DNA of 64,000 nucleotides. Origin: Armatimonadota bacterium (GTDB lineage Bacteria; Armatimonadota; SYMT01). The translations under genes and the position numbers were made by a program. The stretch covers positions 1 to 64,000 of the forward strand of contig JBKBRF010000012.1 in assembly GCA_046292385.1 (NCBI GenBank), in the 5' to 3' direction. The notes under the pieces were generated by a model that had not been told where the DNA came from, ran no database searches, and saw only the letters and a program-made list of their open reading frames with translations. This document shows, one piece after another, positions 1 to 8,727 of the stretch (the stretch's first letter is position 1; each line of letters starts with the position of its first letter).

Positions 1-182
1 GTAAAGCGAGTACCCGCCCTGCAGCCGGCAAAACATACTCTGCGCCCCGGGGCGCACCAACTTTACAGCGTGTGACACTTGCCACCGCTTCCCCGCCAGG
101 GGAATCTCGCCGGAGTGCTCGATAGCCGGTAATCCTCCTGCCCTGCTGATTTCGCCAACAGTATCAGGGCACCGGGACACGA

Positions 183-280
183 CGGAACACCAGGTCGCCA
201 GCGAACAGGAGCACGAACAGGATCTCCCGTGTGCGGAGGGTTCGGCTTTAGCCTTTAGCCTTTTGACTTTAGCCTTTAAG
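183..280. repeat. Dispersed repeat copy ending in a GCCTTTA-type heptamer array
   Basis: Aligns by eye with 58989-59078; the array at 246-280 is the reverse complement of 58858-58892 with one mismatch. Confidence 0.8.
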
Positions 281-300
281 ATCCCTGATTCCGGCCGCCC

Positions 301-624
301 TTATCGCCAGGGCTCGCGAGGGGTATCGCGAAGGTTGCCGCCCGTGTCGGCAGCGGCGAGCTCGGGGAGCTCTTCGATCACGCGGCTCTCGCAGTCCGGG
401 CAGAGGTAGCTCAGCTCGTGCGGCATCGGACGGCCGAACAGCTCGCGGAAGAGGCGCTCGCACTTGGCGCGGTTCTCATAGGTCATCTTTACGCCGGCCT
501 TGCTGAACGCGATGCCGGGATGCCGCCAGTCCGGGTAGCCCTGCATCGTGATCTCGCCCTTGAACCATTCCATGAAGGTGGGCTGCCGTTCACAACCGTC
601 GCACCGCATCCGCGAGAGCCGCAT
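301..624 (-). CDS. Hypothetical protein, possible Zn-binding (CDGC...CPDC)
   Basis: ORF with normal amino-acid composition and two CxxC motifs, downstream of comEA on the same strand. Confidence 0.6.
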   Translation of the reverse strand: MRLSRMRCDGCERQPTFMEWFKGEITMQGYPDWRHPGIAFSKAGVKMTYENRAKCERLFRELFGRPMPHELSYLCPDCESRVIEELPELAAADTGGNLRDTPREPWR

Positions 625-699
625 GAATACCTGCCTGTCCAGAAGTCGAGTGGTCGATCCGATCGGGTGGGACGGAATGATCCGCCCGTCACCGCGGTC

Positions 700-1389
700 C
701 TACGGGGCCTGGATGTGGGGCCGCAGCCGCTCGAAGCGGCCCTGTGCGATGCCGCGCACGTTCATCAGGTCCTCCGGCTGCAAGAACGGCCCGTTCTCGC
801 GCCGGTACGCCAGGATCTCTTCCGCCATTGTCGGGCCGATCTCCGGGAGCGCGTCCAGCTCCTCCCGCGTGGCGGTGTTGAGATTAACTGCCCCGCGCGA
901 CGCTCCGGCTCCTGCTTGCTCCGCCGCGAAGGGGTAGCGGCCGCTGCCCTGGCCGCCGGCCCCGGGCGGTACCGGCGGCGGCTCCGGCGTGGGGACGTGG
1001 GCGGAGAGCGACTCGGGGCGACCCTTCACCGGAATCCGCAGCTGCTCGCCGTCCCGGATCCGGTCCGCCAGGTTGATCGCGTCGAGATCGGCCTCCGCGG
1101 TCGCTCCGCCGGCGCGCTTGACCGCGTCGATCACCCGGGACCAGGCCGGCAGAGCGTAGACGCCCGGCTTCTGCACGGCGCCGGCCACGTGGATGCGCAC
1201 GGGAGCGCTGCGGTCGAAGAGCCGCGGGGCGAGCGGATCGTCGCCTTCGGGGTCGGTCGCCAGGACGTCCGCCACCGTTCGCGGCGGCGGCACGGTACGT
1301 GCGCCGTTGATCGCCCAGGCGGCAGCCGTGAGCAGCGCGCCGGCGGCAAGCATCCCCAGAACCAGGCCCATCCGGTGTTGCAGGATCAT
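700..1389 (-). CDS. comEA: ComEA-family DNA-binding protein (SLBB + helix-hairpin-helix)
   Basis: N-terminal TM; HVAGAVQKPGVY SLBB motif; VNLNTATREELDALPEIGP...GPF...DLMNVRGI HhH motif. Confidence 0.9.
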   Translation of the reverse strand: MILQHRMGLVLGMLAAGALLTAAAWAINGARTVPPPRTVADVLATDPEGDDPLAPRLFDRSAPVRIHVAGAVQKPGVYALPAWSRVIDAVKRAGGATAEADLDAINLADRIRDGEQLRIPVKGRPESLSAHVPTPEPPPVPPGAGGQGSGRYPFAAEQAGAGASRGAVNLNTATREELDALPEIGPTMAEEILAYRRENGPFLQPEDLMNVRGIAQGRFERLRPHIQAP

Positions 1390-1484
1390 CCCGGTAAGAA
1401 ATCGGTCCCCGCCCGGCGAGCCGGTCCCCGGCGGCGCGGAGAGCTATTCTCTACAGATTCCGCGTCGGCCCGCCCGCTCCTCCG

Positions 1485-2240
1485 TCAGCCGCCCAGAACT
1501 GTGGGCAACTCTTCCGGCCGGACCCGCATCCCGGTGAGGAACGGGCCGAACTCCGCGTAGCGAGCGCTCACTTCGTCGAACCGCATCTCGTAGACCAGCT
1601 TCTTGAACTGGAGGGCGTCGTCGGCGAAGAGGGTGACGCCCCACTCCCAGTCGTCCAGCCCCGTGGAGCCGGTGATCATCTGCTGGACCACGCCGTGGTA
1701 CTTGTGCCCGATCGACCCGTGGCTCCGCATCATCGCGCGGCGGTCTTCCATCGGCAGGGTGTACCAGTTCTCATGCTCTCCCCGCCGCTTGTTCATCGGG
1801 TAGAAGACCATGTAGCGCTTGTCCGGCACCTGAGGCTTGAGACGGGCGCGGACGAACGGCACCTCCATCGGGTTCTCGATGGCGCCGCGAGACTGCGCCT
1901 CGTAGAGGCTCAGCTCCGTAATGGAGAAGTAGGAGTAGGGCCGGGTGGTGAAGTCCGCAAAGCGGGTGCGCGCGAAGGCGGTTTCGAGGTCGTTCAACTG
2001 CTCCGGCTCCGGACGCATGTGCAGGAGCATCAGGTCGGCCTTGTGCCCCACGATGCGGAAGAGAGCGCTGGAGCCCTCCGGCGCGTCGGCGTGCGCTTCG
2101 GCGGCCTGGAGCGTCTCCACCACTTCCGCCAGGATCTCGGCACGCTCGCCGGACGGGACCTGCTTCCAGCGGGTCCAGTCGATCTGGCGGAAATCGTGCA
2201 GGGCGTACCAACCTTCGAGTGTGCCGGGAACCTCAACCAT
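1485..2240 (-). CDS. chdC: Coproheme decarboxylase (HemQ/ChdC, chlorite dismutase-like)
   Basis: TLEGWYALHDFR, FYPMNKRR, HGSIG, GLDDWEWGVTLF, LVYEMRFDEVSARYAEFGPF; ATG at 2240 preceded by AGGAG. Confidence 0.88.
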   Translation of the reverse strand: MVEVPGTLEGWYALHDFRQIDWTRWKQVPSGERAEILAEVVETLQAAEAHADAPEGSSALFRIVGHKADLMLLHMRPEPEQLNDLETAFARTRFADFTTRPYSYFSITELSLYEAQSRGAIENPMEVPFVRARLKPQVPDKRYMVFYPMNKRRGEHENWYTLPMEDRRAMMRSHGSIGHKYHGVVQQMITGSTGLDDWEWGVTLFADDALQFKKLVYEMRFDEVSARYAEFGPFLTGMRVRPEELPTVLGG

Positions 2241-2338
2241 GTTGCCAACTCCTACGCCGCCGCCAGGGCCGCGGCGGGCTTCCGATCTATTATTCCCCAT
2301 CGTCGCGCCGGCGGGCCGAGCCGGTAGAATAGGAGCAT

Positions 2339-3574
2339 ATGGAGATTCCGGTGCACGACTATCCCCGCCTCCGGCCGCTGGAGGCGATCCGAGACTCCCG
2401 CTCCGGCCGCATCGTCCTCCGCGACCCCACCCAGCTGGCCACCGGCATGCTCCTGGTCGGCGAGGCGGAGCTGCGCGTGCTCACGCTCTTCGACGGCACG
2501 CGCACGCGCCTGGAGATCCAGGCCGCCAGCGCCCGGGAGCGGGGGCGGCTTTTGCTCGGCCACGAGCTCGACGAGATGCTGGAGACGCTGGCGACCGCCG
2601 GGTTCCTGGACGGTCCGGCGTTCGACGGCTACTACTCCCGCCTGGTGCAGGAATACCGGGAAGCCCCGTACCGCCCGCTGCGGGATCCGGATAGCTACGG
2701 CGCCCCGGCCGCACGCCTGGGCGACTTTCTGGACGAGGGGCTCAGCGCCGCCGGCGCCGAAGTCGCCGCGCTCGCCGGCGGGGGGCGGCTGGCGGGGATC
2801 GTAACCCCGCACCTCGACTTCCCCCGCGGAATGCCGTGCTACGCGGCCGGCTTCGGCGCCGTCCGCCGGCTGCTGCCGCGGAACGGCCGGGTGCGGGTCG
2901 TGGTGCTCGGTACCAACCACTTCGGGCGCTCCGACAGCGTGGTCGTGACCCGCAAAGACTTCCAGACCCCGTGGGGAGTGGCTCCCACCGACCGCGAATT
3001 CCTGACGAAGCTGGAGACAGCGTGCGGCGGCAACCTGGCGCCGTACGAGCTGGACCACCTCCACGAGCATTCGGTGGAGCTGCAGGTAATCTGGCTGCAC
3101 CACCTGCTGGGAGACCAGGTGACGGTGGTGCCCGCGCTCTGTCCGGACCCGAGCGGGCCGCGCGGAACCGCCGCGGGAGATCCGGGCGGCGTCGACCTCC
3201 GGCGGTTCGCCCGCAAGCTGGGGCAGCTGGTGCGGGAAGACCCGACGCCGACGCTGCTGATCGCCAGCGCGGACCTGAGCCACGTGGGCGGCTACTTCGG
3301 AGACGACTGCGAGCTCTCGGACGAGCTGCTGGAGCAGGTGCGGCAGGTCGACGAGACGGCGCTCCAACTCGTCGACGGCAACAGCTCGGAGGAGTACCGG
3401 CAGCACATGGCCGACACGGGCAATCCCACGAAGGTCTGCTCCGTCGGCTGCCTCTACGCGCTGATGACGGCACTCGGCCCGCAGGCGCGCGCCCACCGGC
3501 TCCGCTACCACCAGGCGGTCACGCCGGAGCTGGAGAACTGCGTCACCTCCGCCGCGTACGCATTCCTCACTTGA
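2339..3574 (+). CDS. MEMO1-family protein (AmmeMemoRadiSam protein B) with N-terminal extension
   Basis: TPHLD, GTNH, HLHEHSVELQ, ASADLSHVG motifs; AGGAG RBS. Confidence 0.85.
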   Translation: MEIPVHDYPRLRPLEAIRDSRSGRIVLRDPTQLATGMLLVGEAELRVLTLFDGTRTRLEIQAASARERGRLLLGHELDEMLETLATAGFLDGPAFDGYYSRLVQEYREAPYRPLRDPDSYGAPAARLGDFLDEGLSAAGAEVAALAGGGRLAGIVTPHLDFPRGMPCYAAGFGAVRRLLPRNGRVRVVVLGTNHFGRSDSVVVTRKDFQTPWGVAPTDREFLTKLETACGGNLAPYELDHLHEHSVELQVIWLHHLLGDQVTVVPALCPDPSGPRGTAAGDPGGVDLRRFARKLGQLVREDPTPTLLIASADLSHVGGYFGDDCELSDELLEQVRQVDETALQLVDGNSSEEYRQHMADTGNPTKVCSVGCLYALMTALGPQARAHRLRYHQAVTPELENCVTSAAYAFLT

Positions 3575-3665
3575 ACTGAGTGGGAGCAAGGGAGAGTCGG
3601 AGAGTGGGAGAGCCTCCCGACGGAAGCGTCTCCCACTCTCCCTTGCTCCCACTCACCCACTCAGT
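3575..3665. repeat. Inverted octamer arrays (GGGAGAGT-like / ACTCTCCC-like), long hairpin
   Basis: Ends ACTGAGTGGG...CCCACTCAGT are perfectly complementary; lies between convergent genes. Confidence 0.8.
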
Positions 3666-3669
3666 CTTC

Positions 3670-5871
3670 TCACCGGGTGGGCAGCGTGAAGACCACCGCG
3701 GTCGAGCCGCCGGCCCGCACGATGACGTTCAGCCGCACCGGTCTGAAGCCGGGTGCGGAGGCTTCTACCGTGTAGCTGCCCGCCGGGAGCGCCGCGAAGT
3801 GGAAGCGGCCTTCCGTGCTGGTGGAGCGGACCTCCCCCACGAACGCGCCGCCCACAATGACGACGCTGGCGCCGGACAGAGGCAGGCCATTCGAGCGCCG
3901 CACCTGGCCCGTGAGCGCCCCGGTGCCGGGCTGCGCCCGCAGCAGGAAGCTCCGCTCCGCGGTCTGGCCCGCCGCCACCGTGACGCCGCGCCACGCCTGA
4001 GACGTCATCCCGGCCGCGGAGACGACCACCTCGTAGCCGGAGCCCGGAGCGAGGCCGGCCAGCCGGAAGGTGCCGTCCACCGCCGTGCGCGTGGTCACCC
4101 GTCCTGCCGGCCCCGTCACTTCCACCAGGGCGTCCTCCACTCCCCGTCCCGCCGCGTCGCGGACGATGCCGGCGATCGCGCCGGTTTCTTCATCCTCCGA
4201 GTTACTGAGCCGGGCATCGGCCGTGGTGGTGCGGCCATTCGACACGACGAGTCCGGTCAGCGTGGCCGGCGCGAAGCCGGACTTGCTGAAGCGGGCGGAG
4301 TAGGTGCCGGGCTGCAGCGCCGAGACCCGATAGCGGCCGAAGCGATCCGTCAGCGCGGAGGCCTGGCGGACGCCGTCCCGCAGCACCTCCACCTGCACGC
4401 CAGCGAGCGGCGCGCCGTCCGTGGTGCGGACCAGCCCGGTGAGCGAGCCGCCGCCGGTCACTTCGGAGAGCACCACTTCCACGTAGGTGGTTTCGCCCAG
4501 CGCGACGGCGACCCCGCTCTCCAGATGGTCACCGTAGCCGCCTTTCAGGAACAGCAAGTTGTAGTCGCCGCTCGGCAGGTTGCGGAGGCTGAAGTCGCCC
4601 TCGGCGTCGGTCACCGTCGCCGCGCCCGCGGCCGGACCGTCGAGCACCCGCACCGCCACTCCCTGGAGGCCGCGCCCGGTCGGGTCGGTCACCCGGCCGG
4701 AGAGGCCGCCTTCCAGGAACGACCCTTCCCGGGTCAGGCTGAAATCCTGGCGCGTCTCCGCGTCGACGACGTTCACCGTCTCCACGACCCGGCCAAACCC
4801 GCGCGCTGTGGCGGCGAGGACGTAGCTTCCCGGCGCAAGCGCGGTGAAGGCGTAGGCCCCGTCCGGACCCGTGACGTCGGAGCGGCCCCGCTGCGGCCCG
4901 TCGAGGATCTCCACGCGCGCGCCGGTGACCGGCTGCCCCGCGGCGTCGACCACCAGGCCGGAGACTGCCGCCTCGGCCGCGGGAGTGTTGGAGAGGGTCA
5001 GGTTGACCGTCTGCCGGCCGCGCGGCTCCAGCGTGAAGGTCGCGGACGATGGCAGGTACCCGCTGGCGAAGACCTCCACCCGGTAGTCGCCCGGAATGAG
5101 GCCGTTAAAGTGGTAGCGCCCCTTCCCGTTGGTACGCGCGGAGCGGCTGCGGGAAGGACCCTCCACCAGCTGCACCCGGGCGCGCGGAACGACCTGGCCC
5201 CCGGCGTTCAGCACCGTCCCCTGCACGGAGCCGGCCTCCTTCCGGTTGGCCGTGAGCGCGAGCCGCGCCTCGGTCACCTGCCCGTCCACGACCCGGTAGC
5301 CGGACCGGGCGAGCGCGACGAAGCCGGTCTGGCTCACCCGCAGCCGGTAGGAGCCCCCCGGAAGGGAGGGGGCGCGGAAGAAGCCCGCGGCGTCGGTCGA
5401 AACGGTCACCGCCGTCTCTCCGCCCGCGATCTCGACGGTCGCACCCGCAACCGGTCCCCCGGCGCCGCGGACCGTCACGTATCCCTGCAGCACGCCGCCC
5501 GCAGCCGAGAGCGCGGAGAGGCTGAAGTCGGCGCGCGCCGAGCCGTCGGACGCCACCGTTACCTCACGCCGCTGGCCCGCGTAGCCTTCCGCGGCGGCGG
5601 AGAGCACGTACCGCCCCGGCTGCAGGCCGGCCAGGGCGTAGGCGCCGCCGCCGGTCGTCGTCACCTGCCGCCCGGCGACCGGTCCGGACTCCACGCGGAC
5701 GACGGCGCCGGCGACCGGCGCTCCACCCGCGGTTACGTAACCCCAGACACTCCCCGTCTGCGCCGCCGCGGGCGAGGGGACGAGCGCTCCGGCGAGCGCC
5801 AGCGCGGCCGAGAGGACGAGGCGCAGCGCGGCCGAAAGGCGCGGAGTGCCCGTGAAGGAAGAGACAGACAT
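3670..5871 (-). CDS. Secreted protein made of about 8 carboxypeptidase-regulatory-like repeats
   Basis: Signal peptide ending AAA-Q; repeated G.V.G.V...G.P..GA.V...T...G.Y....L.PG.Y...A..GF units. Confidence 0.85.
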   Translation of the reverse strand: MSVSSFTGTPRLSAALRLVLSAALALAGALVPSPAAAQTGSVWGYVTAGGAPVAGAVVRVESGPVAGRQVTTTGGGAYALAGLQPGRYVLSAAAEGYAGQRREVTVASDGSARADFSLSALSAAGGVLQGYVTVRGAGGPVAGATVEIAGGETAVTVSTDAAGFFRAPSLPGGSYRLRVSQTGFVALARSGYRVVDGQVTEARLALTANRKEAGSVQGTVLNAGGQVVPRARVQLVEGPSRSRSARTNGKGRYHFNGLIPGDYRVEVFASGYLPSSATFTLEPRGRQTVNLTLSNTPAAEAAVSGLVVDAAGQPVTGARVEILDGPQRGRSDVTGPDGAYAFTALAPGSYVLAATARGFGRVVETVNVVDAETRQDFSLTREGSFLEGGLSGRVTDPTGRGLQGVAVRVLDGPAAGAATVTDAEGDFSLRNLPSGDYNLLFLKGGYGDHLESGVAVALGETTYVEVVLSEVTGGGSLTGLVRTTDGAPLAGVQVEVLRDGVRQASALTDRFGRYRVSALQPGTYSARFSKSGFAPATLTGLVVSNGRTTTADARLSNSEDEETGAIAGIVRDAAGRGVEDALVEVTGPAGRVTTRTAVDGTFRLAGLAPGSGYEVVVSAAGMTSQAWRGVTVAAGQTAERSFLLRAQPGTGALTGQVRRSNGLPLSGASVVIVGGAFVGEVRSTSTEGRFHFAALPAGSYTVEASAPGFRPVRLNVIVRAGGSTAVVFTLPTR

Positions 5872-6036
5872 GTAGGGCTCCTGGCCGGGAGCCAGTCCGC
5901 GGGGAGTCGCGGGTTCCCGGAGGCCCTATCATAATGGTCAGTTCAGTACAGATAAAAGCGGCGGGCACGGGCTTGGGTGCCGTTCAGCAGCCCCGGTGCC
6001 TGCCCGCCGGGTCGGCGCCCGTACAGGCACCGCAGG

Positions 6037-7983
6037 CTACTGGAGGAGCTGCAAAATGACCGAAGTGGTGCGCCGCGGTGTCACAGAAATGCCCGATTTC
6101 TGCGTCGTCCGGAACCCCGCGGCACCGGCCTCCAGCGTGTAGATCCCCTGCGGCAAGGCCTGGATGCGGAAGCGGCCCCGGGTGTCGGTCCGGACCTCCT
6201 CCGGCAGCTCCTTCCCCTGGACCACCCGCACCCACGCATTTGCGATCGGCCTCTGGAGCAGGTCGACGACGCGACCGGAGATCGCCCCCACCCGCTTGCC
6301 GCGGCGGAGGGTGAGATCGACCGTGGTCGTCTCCCCGGTCCGCACTTCGACGCCGGTGACTCGCTGCTTTACGAAGTTCTGCTTGTTCGCTTCCACCTCG
6401 TAATCGTCCGCCGCGCGGAGGTTGCGGAAGTTGAACTCGCCGCGGTTGTTGGTGGTCGCTTCCAGCACCAGGTTTCCCCGCTGGAAGAGCTTCACCGTGG
6501 CGCCGGAGAGGGTCCCCTTCTTCCCGAACTCCCTCACGACGCCGGAGAGATGGCCCAGGCTCACCGCACGCGAGGTCAGCTCCGCGTCGACCTTCTTCTG
6601 CTCCCCCACCGCGACGGTGATGAGCGGGATGCTTAGCGCCTGGTAGCCTTCGCGGGTGAAGCGGAGGGTGTAGTTCGTCCCGGCGACCACATCCGGGATG
6701 TTGTAGCGTCCCGCGCCATCGGTCACGTCGGTCAACCCGATGCTGGGTCCCTGGATGATCTCCACCAGCACTCCGGGGAGCTGGGCTCCGCTCTGCGCGT
6801 CTCGCACCACGCCGCGCAGCGTTCCGGGACTGTTGGTACGGTTCTGAAGCGTGACGTTCGCGACCGTGGTGCGACCGGCCTTCACCTCCAGGCCCGCGCG
6901 GCCGGCGGCGGAGTAGCCGTCCTGCTCCGCCACGATCGCGTATCCCGCGCCGGGGGTGAGATCGCGCAGCACGTACTCGCCGTCCGGTCCCGCCTGCACC
7001 TGCTTGCCGGCGTCGACTCCAGCGGTGATGCGGATCGCGGCGAACGGGATCCCCTCCCCCTCCCGATCCGAGACGCGGCCGGCGATCGACCCGCGAGTCG
7101 GCGCATTGGAGACGAGCCGGAAGTCGAGCACCGTGAGCTGGTGCTCCCGGATGACGACGTTGCCGACCGTCTGCGTGGCGAAGCCGGGAGCCCGGACCTG
7201 CACGGAGTAATCGCTGCCGGGGATCAGCTTATTCAGCTCGTAGCGCCCGTCGCCGCCCGTGCGCGTCGAGCCGGAGGAGAGGCCGTGGAGGACCTCGATC
7301 GCGGCGTTCCGGATCGGCTCCCCGGAGGCGGCGCTGCGAACCACCCCGCCCAGGCGACCCACCTGGTTGACGTCCCGGGAGAGGCGCAGCGTCACGGCGG
7401 TGATCGCCCCGGCGCGCACCTGGAAGCTCCGGGAGGCGGCGGGGCGGAAGCCGGCCCGCTGCGCCTGGACCGTGTAGAAGCCCGGCGCCAGGCCGGGGAA
7501 GACCGCGGAGCCGACCTCATCCGACGGGATCTGCGTCAGAACCTGGTTGTTGGCGGCGAGCGCGACCACCGCCTCCGGAAGCGGGGCGCCGCCGCGCCGG
7601 TTGGTCACCAGCACCTCCACCGCCCCCGCGGCAGGCGTCGCCCATTCCAGCTTGAAGTCCTGGGTCACCGTCCCCCCGGCCAGCACCTCGTTCTCGGTGC
7701 GAAGCCGGGATACGTAGGCCGGCTTCAGGGCGAGGAGATCGTAGGTGCCCGGCGGGAGGTCGCTGATCCGGTAGGCGCCCTCGGCGTCGGTCCGGGCGAA
7801 CGCTTCGGCTGGGCCGACCTGCACGCGCACCGTCGCGTTCGGAATGCCCCGCCCCTGCGCGTCCTTCACCATGCCGGCGACATCCCCCGCCGTCGCGCTC
7901 GCGCCGGTTCCCGGCAGCGCCGTCAGGACCGCGGCGAAGCACGCCAGGTTCAGCAGTAAGAGAGGGCGTACGCGGGGGAACAT
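6037..7983 (-). CDS. Secreted protein made of about 7 carboxypeptidase-regulatory-like repeats
   Basis: Same repeat consensus as its neighbour; signal peptide from ATG 7983 (MFPRVRPLLLL). Confidence 0.85.
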   Translation of the reverse strand: MFPRVRPLLLLNLACFAAVLTALPGTGASATAGDVAGMVKDAQGRGIPNATVRVQVGPAEAFARTDAEGAYRISDLPPGTYDLLALKPAYVSRLRTENEVLAGGTVTQDFKLEWATPAAGAVEVLVTNRRGGAPLPEAVVALAANNQVLTQIPSDEVGSAVFPGLAPGFYTVQAQRAGFRPAASRSFQVRAGAITAVTLRLSRDVNQVGRLGGVVRSAASGEPIRNAAIEVLHGLSSGSTRTGGDGRYELNKLIPGSDYSVQVRAPGFATQTVGNVVIREHQLTVLDFRLVSNAPTRGSIAGRVSDREGEGIPFAAIRITAGVDAGKQVQAGPDGEYVLRDLTPGAGYAIVAEQDGYSAAGRAGLEVKAGRTTVANVTLQNRTNSPGTLRGVVRDAQSGAQLPGVLVEIIQGPSIGLTDVTDGAGRYNIPDVVAGTNYTLRFTREGYQALSIPLITVAVGEQKKVDAELTSRAVSLGHLSGVVREFGKKGTLSGATVKLFQRGNLVLEATTNNRGEFNFRNLRAADDYEVEANKQNFVKQRVTGVEVRTGETTTVDLTLRRGKRVGAISGRVVDLLQRPIANAWVRVVQGKELPEEVRTDTRGRFRIQALPQGIYTLEAGAAGFRTTQKSGISVTPRRTTSVILQLLQ

Positions 7984-8178
7984 GGATGAGGTAACCTCCA
8001 GAGGCGTCTGGCCCCCAGTATAGCAACCGGGCTCACCCGGGGCAACCGCTCGCTTCTCCGCTGGGCTGGGCGGGACCCGCAACTAAGGCAGGGAACGGCG
8101 GAGCCGCCGCGGAACTTGCGCCCGCGTGCGCCGTTCTATCGAGCGGCGACTCCGAACGATCGCCGCGGAGGTACCAGC

Positions 8179-8619
8179 GTGCACGAGATCGGCCCGCCCA
8201 CCGGCCGCCACTGCATCCTCGAGCTGTACGGGTGTGACCCGGACCGGCTCAACGACCCGGAATTCGCCCGCACCGCGCTCCAGGAGGCCTCTCGGCGCGC
8301 CGGTACCACGCTGCTGCGCGAAGTGATCCACGCCTTCGAGCCGGAAGGCATCACGGCGCTGGCGCTGCTGGCGGAGTCGCACGTGTCGATCCACACCTGG
8401 CCGGAGCACGGCTTCGCGGCGATCGACTTCTTCACCTGCGGGGAGCAGACCAACCCGGAAGCCGCGTGCCGCTACCTGGCGGAGGTATTCGCCCCCGAGT
8501 CGCACACGCTCCAGACGCTCCACCGCGGCTTCCCCGCCCCACCCCCCGGCGCTCCCCGCCGCCGCCCCGCGCCCCCGACGGCGTTCGCGCACCTGGAAGA
8601 CGGGGACACGTGGTGGTGA
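8179..8619 (+). CDS. speD: S-adenosylmethionine decarboxylase proenzyme (pyruvoyl-dependent)
   Basis: GRHCILELYGC, LLAESHVSIHTWPEHG (E-S cleavage site), DFFTCG; GTG at 8179 after GGAGG. Confidence 0.88.
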   Translation: MHEIGPPTGRHCILELYGCDPDRLNDPEFARTALQEASRRAGTTLLREVIHAFEPEGITALALLAESHVSIHTWPEHGFAAIDFFTCGEQTNPEAACRYLAEVFAPESHTLQTLHRGFPAPPPGAPRRRPAPPTAFAHLEDGDTWW

Positions 8620-8634
8620 CCATCCGGACCTGGC

Positions 8635-8714
8635 ACTCCTTCTCGTTCTCGTTCTCTTTCTCGAAGAGCCGTCCGAACCGGAGAACGAGAAGGAGTAGGA
8701 GAATGAGAAGGAGT
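8635..8714. repeat. Inverted hexamer arrays (TTCTCG / CGAGAA-like)
   Basis: ACTCCTTCTCGTTCTCGTTCTC...GAGAATGAGAAGGAGT between convergent genes. Confidence 0.8.
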
Positions 8715-8727
8715 CAGGAACGGGCCT

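Noticed and set aside
1..182. Possible riboswitch or ncRNA at the window start
   Set aside because: Only short hairpins and no recognisable consensus; upstream context is missing.
3580..5934. 784-aa plus-strand ORF and similar long antisense ORFs (22457-24241, 27235-29778, 59561-62035)
   Set aside because: Shadow frames opposite well-supported genes, expected in high-GC DNA; no motifs.
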